From positions 17 through 64,016 of the forward strand of contig JALOTQ010000001.1 in assembly GCA_025457815.1 (NCBI GenBank): a stretch of 64,000 nucleotides of DNA, in the 5' to 3' direction. The notes beneath the pieces are model-generated. The model was not told the DNA's origin. It was given only the letters and a program-made list of their open reading frames with translations, and ran no database searches. Source of the stretch: Thermoplasmata archaeon. Its GTDB lineage: Archaea > Thermoplasmatota > Thermoplasmata > UBA10834. Positions 8,129 to 21,043 of the stretch are shown piece by piece. The position numbers and the translations under genes are program-made. Position 1 is the stretch's first letter, and each line of letters opens with the position of its first letter.

Positions 8129-10873
8129 TCAGTCCCAGAAACGCTTCGTCCGGGCGTACATTATCTCGGCCGAGAGTATGTCCCTGAGGAACTCGTCCTC
8201 TTCCGTCTGGTACCTCGCGAGTATCCTTGCGGCGGTGTCGGGCCCCACCCCTCGTCCCACGAGCGCGAGAACGGCCCGCTTCCCGTGAGCCATGACCAAA
8301 TTGGCGTTCTTGTACAGCCTCTTTAGCTCCTTCTTCTGGTCCTCTGTCGACGCGCCCTTCCTGAGGATCTCGAGGTGCGACTTGACATAAGGTTGGACGG
8401 CCGCTAGGAGGACCCCGCCACACTTTGCGCACTTGAACCTCTCGGGCAGGTTGGCGACCGATGCGCGCTTCTGGGTCCTGCAGTTCATGCACACCAGCAC
8501 CACGTCCTCGTCCATGAGCCGCTGCTTGAGGGCGTTCAGGACCGCCTTGTCGGCCCTCTGCGGCTGCATCAGCTCCTTCCTGTCGCCTATCATCTCGGTC
8601 CCTATGTGCGACAACGGCCCGACCTGGAGCTCTATGCTCCCCTCCTGCAGCCTCCTGAGCACGACCTCGGCGGTGTCGATGTCCATGTTCTCGTGGAGTG
8701 TCTTCGCCAGCGCCTCCTCGAAGATCGGGCTGTGCTCGAAAACGTCGATGAGCCTCGAGAGGTTGAGCATCTTGTAGTCGGCCCCCTTGCTTATCGCCCC
8801 GAACTTCTTGGCGACATGCACGAACTGCCACTTCAGGATCGAGGAGTTCCTGAGGAGTAGCCTCATGAGCTGGTGCACGGAGGAAGGATCCGTCTCCTTG
8901 AGGACCTTCACGACATCCGATGCCTTGACGTTCCGAGGCGTCTCGAAGACTATCGAGTAGACATCCGACTGCACCCCGAAGCTCTCTCCGAACCTCGCAG
9001 TCAGAAGTCCGGCGACGAGCTTCGAAAGAGTCTCGTTGACCTTGCTGCCGAAGCAGCAGTTGACCACGATGACACCGTCCCCTTGCTCGACGGTGACGAG
9101 CTTGTCAGTCGGGAGCGGCCGATCGCCTTGCCTGCCTATCCATTCCAGGAGCTCCGCCTTCGCGTTAGTGTCTCCCGGATACATGTCGAGGGCGCGCAGG
9201 CGTCTCATCGCTCCCACCTCCTGGGCCACCTCGTAAGGCACTGGTATCTCCTCTCCGACCCAGGACGGCGTCCCTGCCAACTCGTGTATCTGCTCGACGA
9301 TTATCTCGTCCTCTCCCACCTCGATGACCCGCCACGCTCTTCCCCTGGCCACGAAGGTCGAGTACGGTTCCGCGTATGTGGCGACGAACCCCTCATCGAG
9401 GGTTCCGATGACACTCCTCGATGAGACCTCTCTGATCTTGTAGGTCTTCTCGTCGGGTATCATGGAGATGTTGTCGAAGAAATGCCTCATGCCCGTTTGC
9501 TTCTTCCTGAAAGCCGTCTCGTCGTTCCACAGTATGTGGAGCTCGCTGAGGAGTCTCAGGACGTCCTCGAAGTCCTTCCTCAGCAGGTTCCTGAAAGGGT
9601 ACGATCTCTTCACGGTAGTGAAGGCCCACTCCTTGTCGACCTTCCCTTGGGTGAGTGTCATCGCCACGAGCTGATTCGCCAGGACGCTGAGGGGGTTCTC
9701 TCTGACGGTGAACCTCTCGAGCTCTTCTATCATGGCCCTTCGTGCGATGACGAGGCTTTCGGCCACCTCAGACGGTTCGGTTGCGATGACGGCGCCGTTC
9801 GAGGTCTCGCCGACCTTGTGGCCCGATCTCCCGATCCTCTGTATGAGCCTCGTCACCTGCCTGGGTGAGTTGAACTGAATCGCGAAGTCGGCCGATCCTA
9901 CGTCTATCCCTAGTTCTAACGATGATGTACAGATCAACGCCTGGATCTTCTCCGACTTGAAGTCATCCTCCATCTGCACACGCACGTCCTTCGAGAGCGA
10001 GCCGTGATGGACCCCAATCCTCAGAGCCGAATCCCACAGATGGTACCTGACGCCGAGGGCCTCCGCGTTGTCCCTCGTGTTGACGAAGAACAGAGTCGAC
10101 CGATGCCCCTCGACGAGATCTCTGCAGCGCTTCATGGCTGCAATATGCTTCATGTCGGTCTGGAGCGTATTGGCCAGCGTTTTGTCGGAAGCGTTCTCGG
10201 GAGGGCTCTCCACGGAGATCCTCATGTCCTTCGCCGCCGAGACCCTCAGGACGTGCACGCTCCTGCCAACGCCCGCCAGGAAGTTGGAGATCTCTTCGAC
10301 CGACCCCACGGTCGCCGACAGCCCTATCCTCTGGAACTCCCCGGCCAATCCGACCAATCGCTCGAGGGCGACCGCAAGCTGAGCCCCTCGCTCGTCGTCG
10401 GCGAGCTCATGTATCTCGTCTATGACAACGAACTTCACATGCGCTATGTGCTGCCTCAGGATCCTGCCAATGAAAAGTAGCTGTAGCGTCTCGGGTGTGG
10501 TTATCAGGACGTCCGGAGGATGCTTGGTCTGCGCGGTCCTCTCGGACTGAGATGTATCTCCGTGTCTCACCGCTATGCTGAGTCCAACCGCCTCGCCGAA
10601 CTCCTTCAGGCGCTTCAGGAGATCCCTGTTCAGTGCACGCAGGGGGGTGACGTAGATGCATCTTATGCCCTTGCCCGAGGTTCCAGACAACTTGTGCAGG
10701 ATCGGTAGCATCGCCGCCTCGGTCTTCCCAATCCCTGTCGGGGCGACAAGGAGCAGGTGATCCCCCGACATAACGGCGGGAATTGCTTTCCTCTGGGGCT
10801 CCGTCGGTTCAGAGATTCCTCTAGAGGCCAGTAGTGTGCGCAGTCTCGTGTCGAGCAGTTTGAACTCGTTCAT
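8129..10873 (-). CDS. lhr: Lhr-type (large helicase-related) superfamily-2 DExH ATP-dependent helicase
   Basis: PTGIGKTEAA Walker A, DEIHELADDERG DExH box, helicase C domain and a C-terminal Lhr-like extension (~900 aa core). The ORF-track start at 11200 adds 109 aa of low-complexity, non-homologous sequence. The start is placed at ATG 10873 (MNEFKLLDTRL...). Confidence 0.8.
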   Translation of the reverse strand: MNEFKLLDTRLRTLLASRGISEPTEPQRKAIPAVMSGDHLLLVAPTGIGKTEAAMLPILHKLSGTSGKGIRCIYVTPLRALNRDLLKRLKEFGEAVGLSIAVRHGDTSQSERTAQTKHPPDVLITTPETLQLLFIGRILRQHIAHVKFVVIDEIHELADDERGAQLAVALERLVGLAGEFQRIGLSATVGSVEEISNFLAGVGRSVHVLRVSAAKDMRISVESPPENASDKTLANTLQTDMKHIAAMKRCRDLVEGHRSTLFFVNTRDNAEALGVRYHLWDSALRIGVHHGSLSKDVRVQMEDDFKSEKIQALICTSSLELGIDVGSADFAIQFNSPRQVTRLIQRIGRSGHKVGETSNGAVIATEPSEVAESLVIARRAMIEELERFTVRENPLSVLANQLVAMTLTQGKVDKEWAFTTVKRSYPFRNLLRKDFEDVLRLLSELHILWNDETAFRKKQTGMRHFFDNISMIPDEKTYKIREVSSRSVIGTLDEGFVATYAEPYSTFVARGRAWRVIEVGEDEIIVEQIHELAGTPSWVGEEIPVPYEVAQEVGAMRRLRALDMYPGDTNAKAELLEWIGRQGDRPLPTDKLVTVEQGDGVIVVNCCFGSKVNETLSKLVAGLLTARFGESFGVQSDVYSIVFETPRNVKASDVVKVLKETDPSSVHQLMRLLLRNSSILKWQFVHVAKKFGAISKGADYKMLNLSRLIDVFEHSPIFEEALAKTLHENMDIDTAEVVLRRLQEGSIELQVGPLSHIGTEMIGDRKELMQPQRADKAVLNALKQRLMDEDVVLVCMNCRTQKRASVANLPERFKCAKCGGVLLAAVQPYVKSHLEILRKGASTEDQKKELKRLYKNANLVMAHGKRAVLALVGRGVGPDTAARILARYQTEEDEFLRDILSAEIMYARTKRFWD

Positions 10874-11046
10874 TCTCTGTTCGAAGAGTTGAGGTTCAGT
10901 ATATATCCTTTTCAGAGAGGCGGAAGGATGTTGGCATACCCGCTGGGATGCGTTCGAACGTTGTTCGATAGCACCCGGAATTCTTCTAAGCTTGTACCAA
11001 AAGTCGTATTTAGCGAAGTGCTTAATCGGCGACTCCGGGGAGTCAT

Positions 11047-12441
11047 ATGAGGAGAACCTTAGTTCTGACGATAGCCATCGGTCTGGCACTTGTCGTTTCC
11101 ATGTCGACCTTTGGCGTGTTGGTATTGGCGGGAGCCGGCAAATCGGGTGGTTTGCTGCAGCCCGAAACAGTTGCGAAGGATTACGTTCAGGATTCGCCAA
11201 TCGCGGATGCTGACTGGACAGTGATTGTGTATCTAGACGGAGACAACAACCTCGAATCCAGCGCCCTTCAGGACCTAGCTGAAATGGAGAAGATCGGTTC
11301 GAAATCTGGTGTCAACGTTGTCGTCCTGATGGACACACTGACGCTGACAGAAGGCACCCACTGGTACTACGTCGGTCAGGACACGGAGCATGTCAACCTG
11401 ACCGAAGGGACGAACCACTGCGACTGTGAGACGATCACTGGCGAGGCTTGCCCGGGCGAGCTGAACATGGCGGATGGAGCCACGCTCACATACTGCATCG
11501 AGACCGCGGCGGCGTTCGCTCCGGCTGAGAACTACATGCTTGTGCTCTGGGATCACGGCGGAGGCTGGTATGGCGTCTGCTGGGACGACAGCGCAGCGCT
11601 CATCGAGAACAGCGGGAAGACCGACAGGCTCAGCGTCGACGAGACAGGGAAGGCGATTGCGGCTGCAGAAGTGGAACTCGATGTCATCGCGTTCGACGCC
11701 TGCTTCAGCGGTGCCGTGGAGTTCGCCTATGAGCTCAAGGACCTCGCGGACTACATGGCCGCGTCCATAACCACCGTACCTGGCGCTGGCTACGCATACG
11801 ACAACCTGCTCGCAGGAATGACGGAAGACTCGACGATGGATGCGTATGAGGTCTCAAGGCTTGTCGCTGATACCTATGTCCAGTGGTACGCCAAGTGCCC
11901 GGGGAGCGGCATAGGCGGATACCCGTATGTCGAGATGTCCGTGATCGACCTATCGTACATCGAGGCCCTGGTCACCGGAGATGGCGGAATAGGCGACCTG
12001 GCGGAGGCACTCATCCCGCTTCTTGAGGACGAGAGCTACAGAGGATTGATTGAATCTGCGGAGTCGATGACGCCTCAGATACAGTTCAGCGGTGAGCAGT
12101 TCCCGTTCATCGACATCGGACTGTACGCGGCTGCGCTCGGGGAAAATATCCCTGAGCTGAGCGAACTCACCGAGAAGCTGCTAGCCCACGTTCAGGACGC
12201 AGTACCTTACCTCAACTTCGTGGCGACCGCGACAGATGCCCCGATGAAGACCTGCGGCATCTCGCTCTACTTCACATGCTGCTGGAACAGCGCGGTTGCG
12301 GAGTACGGCTACGAGACCTACGAGGAGGCAGAGGCTGCTGGAGCGTTGCCATACTACGGCCTGGACTTGGTGATTGACACTGACTGGGAAGATTTCCTTG
12401 AGGCATTCGTGATGTCTCAGGCGGAGGTCGACGCGGGATAA
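11047..12441 (+). CDS. Secreted or membrane-anchored clostripain-family (C11) cysteine peptidase
   Basis: N-terminal hydrophobic signal/anchor MRRTLVLTIAIGLALVVSMSTFGVLVLAGAG. A candidate catalytic His sits in LVLWDHGGGWYG and a candidate Cys in IAFDACFSG, the spacing typical of peptidase C11. Confidence 0.55.
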   Translation: MRRTLVLTIAIGLALVVSMSTFGVLVLAGAGKSGGLLQPETVAKDYVQDSPIADADWTVIVYLDGDNNLESSALQDLAEMEKIGSKSGVNVVVLMDTLTLTEGTHWYYVGQDTEHVNLTEGTNHCDCETITGEACPGELNMADGATLTYCIETAAAFAPAENYMLVLWDHGGGWYGVCWDDSAALIENSGKTDRLSVDETGKAIAAAEVELDVIAFDACFSGAVEFAYELKDLADYMAASITTVPGAGYAYDNLLAGMTEDSTMDAYEVSRLVADTYVQWYAKCPGSGIGGYPYVEMSVIDLSYIEALVTGDGGIGDLAEALIPLLEDESYRGLIESAESMTPQIQFSGEQFPFIDIGLYAAALGENIPELSELTEKLLAHVQDAVPYLNFVATATDAPMKTCGISLYFTCCWNSAVAEYGYETYEEAEAAGALPYYGLDLVIDTDWEDFLEAFVMSQAEVDAG

Positions 12442-12465
12442 GGCCGAAGTCGCATTGACGATTAA

Positions 12466-13923
<1,458 letters not shown>

Positions 13924-14331
13924 GCGCTGGCGATACTCGGCCAGCAATCTGACACGGCCTTCGCGACATTCAGTTGTCCACTTGGATTGAGGATATCTGC
14001 CGAATGCAGAGTCAAATGAACAGCAAAATGGGACAGGTAAGGTCAATTGACCATCAGATTGGCCTTTGACATTGACATAATGAAAGAGAAAAGTCCGAAA
14101 ATAGACACAATGGTGATATGGAACGCTGTTGTTCGTGCCTCCGGAAGGCAGGGAGACGCGATGAGGGGAGGTCAGCACGGAATCCGAATCTGTCCATCAC
14201 GCTCCTCTGAGCGCCTCCACGTCTCGTGTCTCTCGTGCGCCAGGCCGCTTGCGGTTCATGCGCACAGGGGTCCGTGATAGCGGCCCGGTCTCGTCGTTAG
14301 GGACCCGGTCGACAGGAATGGCAGGGATAAT

Positions 14332-15615
14332 GTGTCAGTGAGCACGAAGGAAAGTTGTGGCAAGAAGTCCGTCGGATGCGCAGCACCTGGCGTCGGAGCA
14401 TACCTCTCGACGCACCTGGATGCACACAATCCAGCGCTTGGGAGCATAGCGATAGTCGACACCACGTGCAGGGACGGGGAGCAGATGCCGGGCATGTCCT
14501 TCACCATGGAGGAGAAGCTCGGAATCGCCAAGAAGCTTGAGCTCATGGGGGTCGAGCAGCTCGAGACCTTCGCAACCTACAATGAGAGCGACAAGAGGTG
14601 CGCCCTGAAGCTGAAGGAGATTACCAGTGCGATCTCCATCATGGGCTGGAACAGGATGGTGAAGGCCGACGTCGTGGATTCGATCGCTCACGGGGTCGAC
14701 GCAGTCTCGGTCTCAACGGAGACCTCTGACATCGCCCTTGAGCACAAGTTCAAGATATCACGGAAGGAGCAGCTGGAGAAGCTGGCGGAATGCGTCTCCT
14801 TTGCCAAGGGCAAAGGGGTCTACGTATGCTTCAACGCGGGCGATGCCACCAGAACATCGATGGACTACCTGGTGGAGTTCGCCTCGGTCGGAAAGGCTGC
14901 GGGGGCTGACAGGTTCAGGATATGCGACACCATCGGCGTCCTGACGCCCGCGACCTCGAAGAAGATGATACACGAGGTCATGTCGGCTGTAGACATCGAT
15001 GTGGAGTTCCACGCTCACAACGACTTCGGGCTGGCCGTGGCGAACGCGCTCGCCGCGGCAGAGGCGGCCGCGCAGTTCCCTCAGAGGAAGCTGTGGGTCT
15101 CGACCACTGTGAACGGGCTGGGCGAGAGGGCAGGCAACGTCTCTCTTGAAGTCTTCGTCATGAACCTGCACAGCCACTACGGGATTGATCGCTACAGGAC
15201 AGAACACATACTGCCGCTGTGCAAGCACGTGGAGAAGGCCTCGGGCCTCTCAATCCCGCTCAACCACCCGATAGTCGGTGAGAACATGTTCACCCACAAG
15301 TCGGGCATACACGTGGACGGCATTCTGAAGAACCCGAGTCTCTACGAGGCCTTCGACCCGTCGAAGTTGGGCATATCCCGGAAGATCGCTCTAGGCAAAC
15401 ACTCCGGGAAATCGTCCATCAAGCACAAGCTTGAGCAGCTAGGTCTCTCAGCTGCCCCGGATGCGATCGAGGCGATAAGGCACGAGGTCGGCATAGCAGG
15501 CGAATCCAAGAAGAGGAACATAACCGACGACGAGTTCGTGGCGATATACAACACGGTCATGTTGGCAAAAGCGCCTCCATCCAGGAGCCTCGCCCAGAGT
15601 ATCACAAGGAGTTGA
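14332..15615 (+). CDS. 2-isopropylmalate synthase / homocitrate synthase / citramalate synthase / Re-citrate synthase family protein, short form without a LeuA-type C-terminal regulatory domain
   Basis: DRE-TIM aldolase core: IVDTTCRDGEQ, HxH metal site (EFHAHNDFGLAVANALAA). At 427 aa it is too short for a regulated LeuA. GTG start at 14332; the first ~30 aa are atypical, so the start is uncertain. Confidence 0.8.
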   Translation: MSVSTKESCGKKSVGCAAPGVGAYLSTHLDAHNPALGSIAIVDTTCRDGEQMPGMSFTMEEKLGIAKKLELMGVEQLETFATYNESDKRCALKLKEITSAISIMGWNRMVKADVVDSIAHGVDAVSVSTETSDIALEHKFKISRKEQLEKLAECVSFAKGKGVYVCFNAGDATRTSMDYLVEFASVGKAAGADRFRICDTIGVLTPATSKKMIHEVMSAVDIDVEFHAHNDFGLAVANALAAAEAAAQFPQRKLWVSTTVNGLGERAGNVSLEVFVMNLHSHYGIDRYRTEHILPLCKHVEKASGLSIPLNHPIVGENMFTHKSGIHVDGILKNPSLYEAFDPSKLGISRKIALGKHSGKSSIKHKLEQLGLSAAPDAIEAIRHEVGIAGESKKRNITDDEFVAIYNTVMLAKAPPSRSLAQSITRS

Positions 15616-15618
15616 AGG

Positions 15619-16872
15619 ATGGGCCAGACCATAGCCGAGAAGGTATTGGCGGCGCACTCCGGCAGCGACTGTGCGGCCGGCGACATCGTCGTAGCGTCAG
15701 TGGATTTCTGTATGGCCCAGGATGGCACATCGACCATGATGATCCGTGAGCTGGAGAATCTCGGGTTCGAGCATCCGAAGACGGCGCTCGGGATGGGGCT
15801 GGTTCTGGACCACAACGCACCATGCCCCTCAGTGGAAGTCGCAAGGGTCCACCTGAGGATCCGCGGCTTCGCCGACAAGAACCGCATCCCGCTCTACGAG
15901 ACGGGCTGTGGCGTTTGTCACCAGGTTGTTCCGGAGAGCGGCAAGGTCCTGCCAGGGAGTCTCGTGGTCGGCGCGGATTCACACACATGCACATACGGAG
16001 CGTTGAACGCGTGCTCGACCGGGCTCGGTTCGGCCGACGTCGCGGCGGCTGCCTATGCAGGCAAGCTCTGGTTCAAGGTCCCCGAGACCTACTCCATCAT
16101 CGCAGAAGGCCAACTGCCCGACAGAGTCGGCGCCAAGGACCTAATGCTCAAGGTGATCGGCCGTTTGACGGCCGATGGGGCGACCTACAAGTCGGTCGAG
16201 TTCACCGGCGCGTCAGTCGCCTCGATGGGCATGGACGGTCGGTTCACCATAGCCAACATGGCCGTCGAGATGGGAGCGAAGTTCTGCCCGTTCTCCTTTG
16301 ACGAGAAGACGTCGTCGTGGTTGTCGGAGAGGGGGTTCTCCGCCGGGGCGCCAGTGTCGTCAGATCCGGATGCGCACTTCGAGAAGCGATTCGATTTCGA
16401 CGCAGCGGACGTCGTGCCACAAGTGGCGCGGCCTCACTCGGTTGACAACGTGTGCGACGCTTCAAGCCTGAGGGGGACGAAGGTGCAACAGGCGTTCCTG
16501 GGCACCTGCACGAACGGAAGACTGAGTGATCTGGAGGCAGCAGCGAGACTGATGAGAGGTCGGACCGTCAACAGAGGAGTCAGGTTCATCGTCGCGCCCG
16601 CTTCGAGGACGGTGCTGTTGGATGCGATGGCGAGCGGCGTTGCCGCGCAGCTGGTCAAAGCCGGCGCGGTGTTCGTCGCTCCTGGTTGCGGCCCCTGTGT
16701 CGGGACCCATGCCGGCGTGCCATCGGATGGAGAGAACGTCATATCGACTGCGAACAGGAATTTCAAGGGCAGGATGGGGAACAACCGGGACGTCGGAATC
16801 TTCCTGGGCTCGCCCGAAACCATTGCCGCCTCAGCCATCACCGGCGAGATAACGGATCCACGAGAGGTCTGA
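15619..16872 (+). CDS. Aconitase-family dehydratase large subunit (LeuC / homoaconitase / aconitase-like)
   Basis: 417 aa. MGQTIAEKVLAAHSG..., FeS-ligand cysteines (GCGVCHQ, CTNGRLSD, PGCGPCVG), LeuC/HacA-like architecture. Confidence 0.85.
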   Translation: MGQTIAEKVLAAHSGSDCAAGDIVVASVDFCMAQDGTSTMMIRELENLGFEHPKTALGMGLVLDHNAPCPSVEVARVHLRIRGFADKNRIPLYETGCGVCHQVVPESGKVLPGSLVVGADSHTCTYGALNACSTGLGSADVAAAAYAGKLWFKVPETYSIIAEGQLPDRVGAKDLMLKVIGRLTADGATYKSVEFTGASVASMGMDGRFTIANMAVEMGAKFCPFSFDEKTSSWLSERGFSAGAPVSSDPDAHFEKRFDFDAADVVPQVARPHSVDNVCDASSLRGTKVQQAFLGTCTNGRLSDLEAAARLMRGRTVNRGVRFIVAPASRTVLLDAMASGVAAQLVKAGAVFVAPGCGPCVGTHAGVPSDGENVISTANRNFKGRMGNNRDVGIFLGSPETIAASAITGEITDPREV

Positions 16873-16884
16873 TGGAGGAATGAC

Positions 16885-17391
16885 ATGCGGTTGACAGGAA
16901 ACGCCCACAGGTTCTCCCCAGACGATGACATCAACACAGACTACATCATCTCTGGAAGGTACAAGTTCAGGATTGACGACATGAACGAGCTGGCCAAGCA
17001 CGTGATGGAGGACATCGACCCGGTCTTCTCGAAGAAGGTGTGCAAGGGCGACTTCATCGTCGCTGGAAGGAACTTCGGATGCGGCTCGAGCAGGGAACAG
17101 GCCCCGAGGGCCTTGAAGGCAGCGGGCGTCTCCGCCGTACTCGCAAAGTCCTTCGCTCGGATATTCTACCGCAGCTCGTTCAACATCGGCCTTCCGTTGA
17201 TAGAGTGCGATACGGATTCGATAAGAGCGGGTGACAGGTTGACTGTAGATCTCGATGCGGGACTTGTCACCAACTCAGTGACTGGTGAGAGCATCCAGAC
17301 GAAATCCATACCCAGGACGATGCAAGTGCTTCTCGAGGATGGCGGCCTGATTGAGCACCTGAAGAAGCACGGCGATTTCGCGCTCGAGTGA
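16885..17391 (+). CDS. Aconitase-family dehydratase small subunit (LeuD-like swivel domain)
   Basis: 168 aa. FIVAGRNFGCGSSREQAPRALKAAGVSAVLAKSFARIFYRSSFNIGL is typical of LeuD/HacB. Lies immediately downstream of the large subunit. Confidence 0.8.
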   Translation: MRLTGNAHRFSPDDDINTDYIISGRYKFRIDDMNELAKHVMEDIDPVFSKKVCKGDFIVAGRNFGCGSSREQAPRALKAAGVSAVLAKSFARIFYRSSFNIGLPLIECDTDSIRAGDRLTVDLDAGLVTNSVTGESIQTKSIPRTMQVLLEDGGLIEHLKKHGDFALE

Positions 17392-17411
17392 GGCATTGAG
17401 GAGTTGAATGC

Positions 17412-18588
<1,177 letters not shown>

Positions 18589-18596
<8 letters not shown>

Positions 18597-19881
18597 TCTC
18601 TGTCTCTTCTGTGAGCTTTCTCCTCAGCTCCTTCCGGTTCCTTGCGTCGATGCCTCTCTCCGCGAAGAAGCTCAGGATTGTAGTGACCACCGTCGTCCCG
18701 ACGATAACAACTAGCGTGACGTTGAGTATGAATGCCTCGTATTCGGGCTCCCAAACATCCGTCCCAGCCAGCACGACGGCGGGCGTCGTCGCGAGGACGG
18801 CCGCGGCGAGGCCTCTGGCCATCATTCCAAAGACAGCATCGGATTCCTCCTTGTCGAGGTCGCCCACCCTGGTAGCCAGAGACGCGGTCATGCGCCTGAC
18901 GACTACCACCACCGCGATTATCCCTATCCCTACCGCAAGGTGAGTGATCGTGAAGGTGTCGAACCTGATGAGAAGTCCGAGGTAGACGAAGAAGAAAGTC
19001 CTCACGAAGAAGGATATCTCCGAGTGGAACTCCTCGATGTGTCCGCTCGAGTGTTGATGAAGCGTTACGGAGGTAAGCCACCGCTTGACGTCCTTCCTGT
19101 TGCCAAGCGCGAGTCCGAACATCAGAGCTGCGACCGCGCCTGAACTGTTTATCGGGTCCATCTCGACCGCAGCGGCGATCGCGAACAGAGCTCCCACGGT
19201 GAGCATGTATGACAGGGGCTGCTTCTCGAGCTTCTGGAGCGCGAACAGCCAGAGGATGCCTGCCGCGAACCCGATTGCCGCCCCAACGAGGAATTTCACG
19301 GCGATCTCCTCCGCCATCGTGAGCAGGCTGAAATCTCCAACCTCGATGAGCGACATCAGGCTCAAAGCCACCGTGATGACCAGAACATCTGTCAGCACGC
19401 TCTCCCAGACGAGCATCGCCTTCGTTCTCGGCTTAATCCTCATCTTGTTTGTGATGGGGATGACGATCGCCGAGCTCGTCCCTCCGACTATGGTCGCGAA
19501 CACGAAGCTCAACACGAGGTCGATGTCGAAGATGAGGTGCAGAGCTACACCGACTACGAGCACCTCGAGAGCCATGTTGATGACTGTCACGAAAGTCGCG
19601 AGCCGCATGGATTCGAGCACGGCCCTGAGATCGAGTGTCAGACCTCCGTCGAACAGGATTAGAACGAGAGCGACTGAGAGGAAGATATCACGATACTGAT
19701 TGATGCTGTCAAGGCCCGAGATTCCGACCAGGCCGAGGACGTCAGGGCCAATCACGACGCCGAGGATGATCATGATGAGAACGTCTGGAATCCGATAGCG
19801 CGTGAATATCAGGTTGCCGAAGAACCCGATGAATATGGACGCTCCAACCGCCAGAAAGGCGATTATTGTTCCCTGCTCCAT
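18589..19881 (-). CDS. Na+/H+ (cation:proton) antiporter, CPA1/NhaP family
   Basis: 430 aa with ~12 predicted TM helices. N-terminal [23 protein letters not shown]...[21 protein letters not shown] is typical of NhaP. Converges on and overlaps the icd 3' end by 8 nt. Confidence 0.8.
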
Positions 19882-20079
19882 CGAACCACTGCGCCTCTGG
19901 GCCGCCAGGAACCCTTCGGGTCATTAGGGGGTGGGTGAGCCGGCGGCTCTCTTCCCTTTCTAACCTCCTACAGTCTATTTTACCTTATGGGGGAGAATAT
20001 CTGATGTGAGAAGCTGGCCAGTATGGAGAATCCTGCCTGCGAACCTGTTTAATACACTGTCCGCAGATTCACCGGTCAG

Positions 20080-21042
20080 ATGACCATAGAAGGTATCTCA
20101 GTCGATTCGCCCGAGGCCCTGCTCGGGGACTACGACGTTGTGATCATCGGCGCTGGCCCCGCAGGCCTCGCGGCCGGGATATACGCCGCACGCGCGGGCC
20201 TACAGTGCGTTGTGCTCGAGAAGGGTGTGGCGGGAGGCCAGGTCCTCACGAGCCCGAGCATCGAGAATTATCCAGGATTCCCTGAGGTGTCCGGCATGAA
20301 ACTGATGGAGACAATGGCGGAGCATGCCCGGAAGTACGTAGACATCAAGGAAGGCGAGGAGGTCCTCAGGGTCAGAGGCGGCGAGAAGTACGAGCTGATG
20401 ACCGTATCGGGCAGGTACACTTGCAGGGCGCTGATTCTGTCGACTGGCGCATATCATCGCAAGCTGGACGTTCCAGGTGAGGATGGCATGACCGGCAAGG
20501 GCGTCAGCTACTGCGCGACATGCGACGGCTTCTTCTACAAGGGAAAGGAGGTCGTGGTCGTAGGCGGAGGCAACACCGCCTTGACAGACGCCCTCTACCT
20601 GAACTCCATCGGGTGCAAGGTCACCATAATCCACAGACGCAATGCATTCCGCGCCGACAAGCACCTTCAGGAGAGCATCTCCAGACTGCGGATTCCTGTC
20701 ATGTTCGACACTGTCGTCGATGAGATCATCGAGGGGGACGCAGTCGCCTCGGTCAGGCTAAGAGATCTCAAGACCGGGGTTCTGAGCGTGAAGCCCACTG
20801 ACGGAGTGTTCATCGCCGTCGGTGAGGTCCCCTCGAGCCAGCTCGCCTCTGAGCTGGGCCTCGAGATGGACCATGGCGGGTTCATCGTAGTGGACAAATC
20901 CTTCCGGACGAACGTGCCCTTCGTGTACGCCTGCGGAGACGTGTCCGGCGGAATCAGGCAGATCGTCGCTGCTGTCCACGGCGGGGCGGCTGCTGCGCTG
21001 TCCTGCTTCGAGGACCTCATGAATCCATACTACAAGCGCTAG
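20080..21042 (+). CDS. trxB: Thioredoxin-disulfide reductase
   Basis: VVIIGAGPAGLAAGIYAARAG FAD site, redox-active CATCDG, VVVVGGGNTALTDALYL NAD(P) site, 320 aa. Confidence 0.85.
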   Translation: MTIEGISVDSPEALLGDYDVVIIGAGPAGLAAGIYAARAGLQCVVLEKGVAGGQVLTSPSIENYPGFPEVSGMKLMETMAEHARKYVDIKEGEEVLRVRGGEKYELMTVSGRYTCRALILSTGAYHRKLDVPGEDGMTGKGVSYCATCDGFFYKGKEVVVVGGGNTALTDALYLNSIGCKVTIIHRRNAFRADKHLQESISRLRIPVMFDTVVDEIIEGDAVASVRLRDLKTGVLSVKPTDGVFIAVGEVPSSQLASELGLEMDHGGFIVVDKSFRTNVPFVYACGDVSGGIRQIVAAVHGGAAAALSCFEDLMNPYYKR

Positions 21043-21043
21043 C

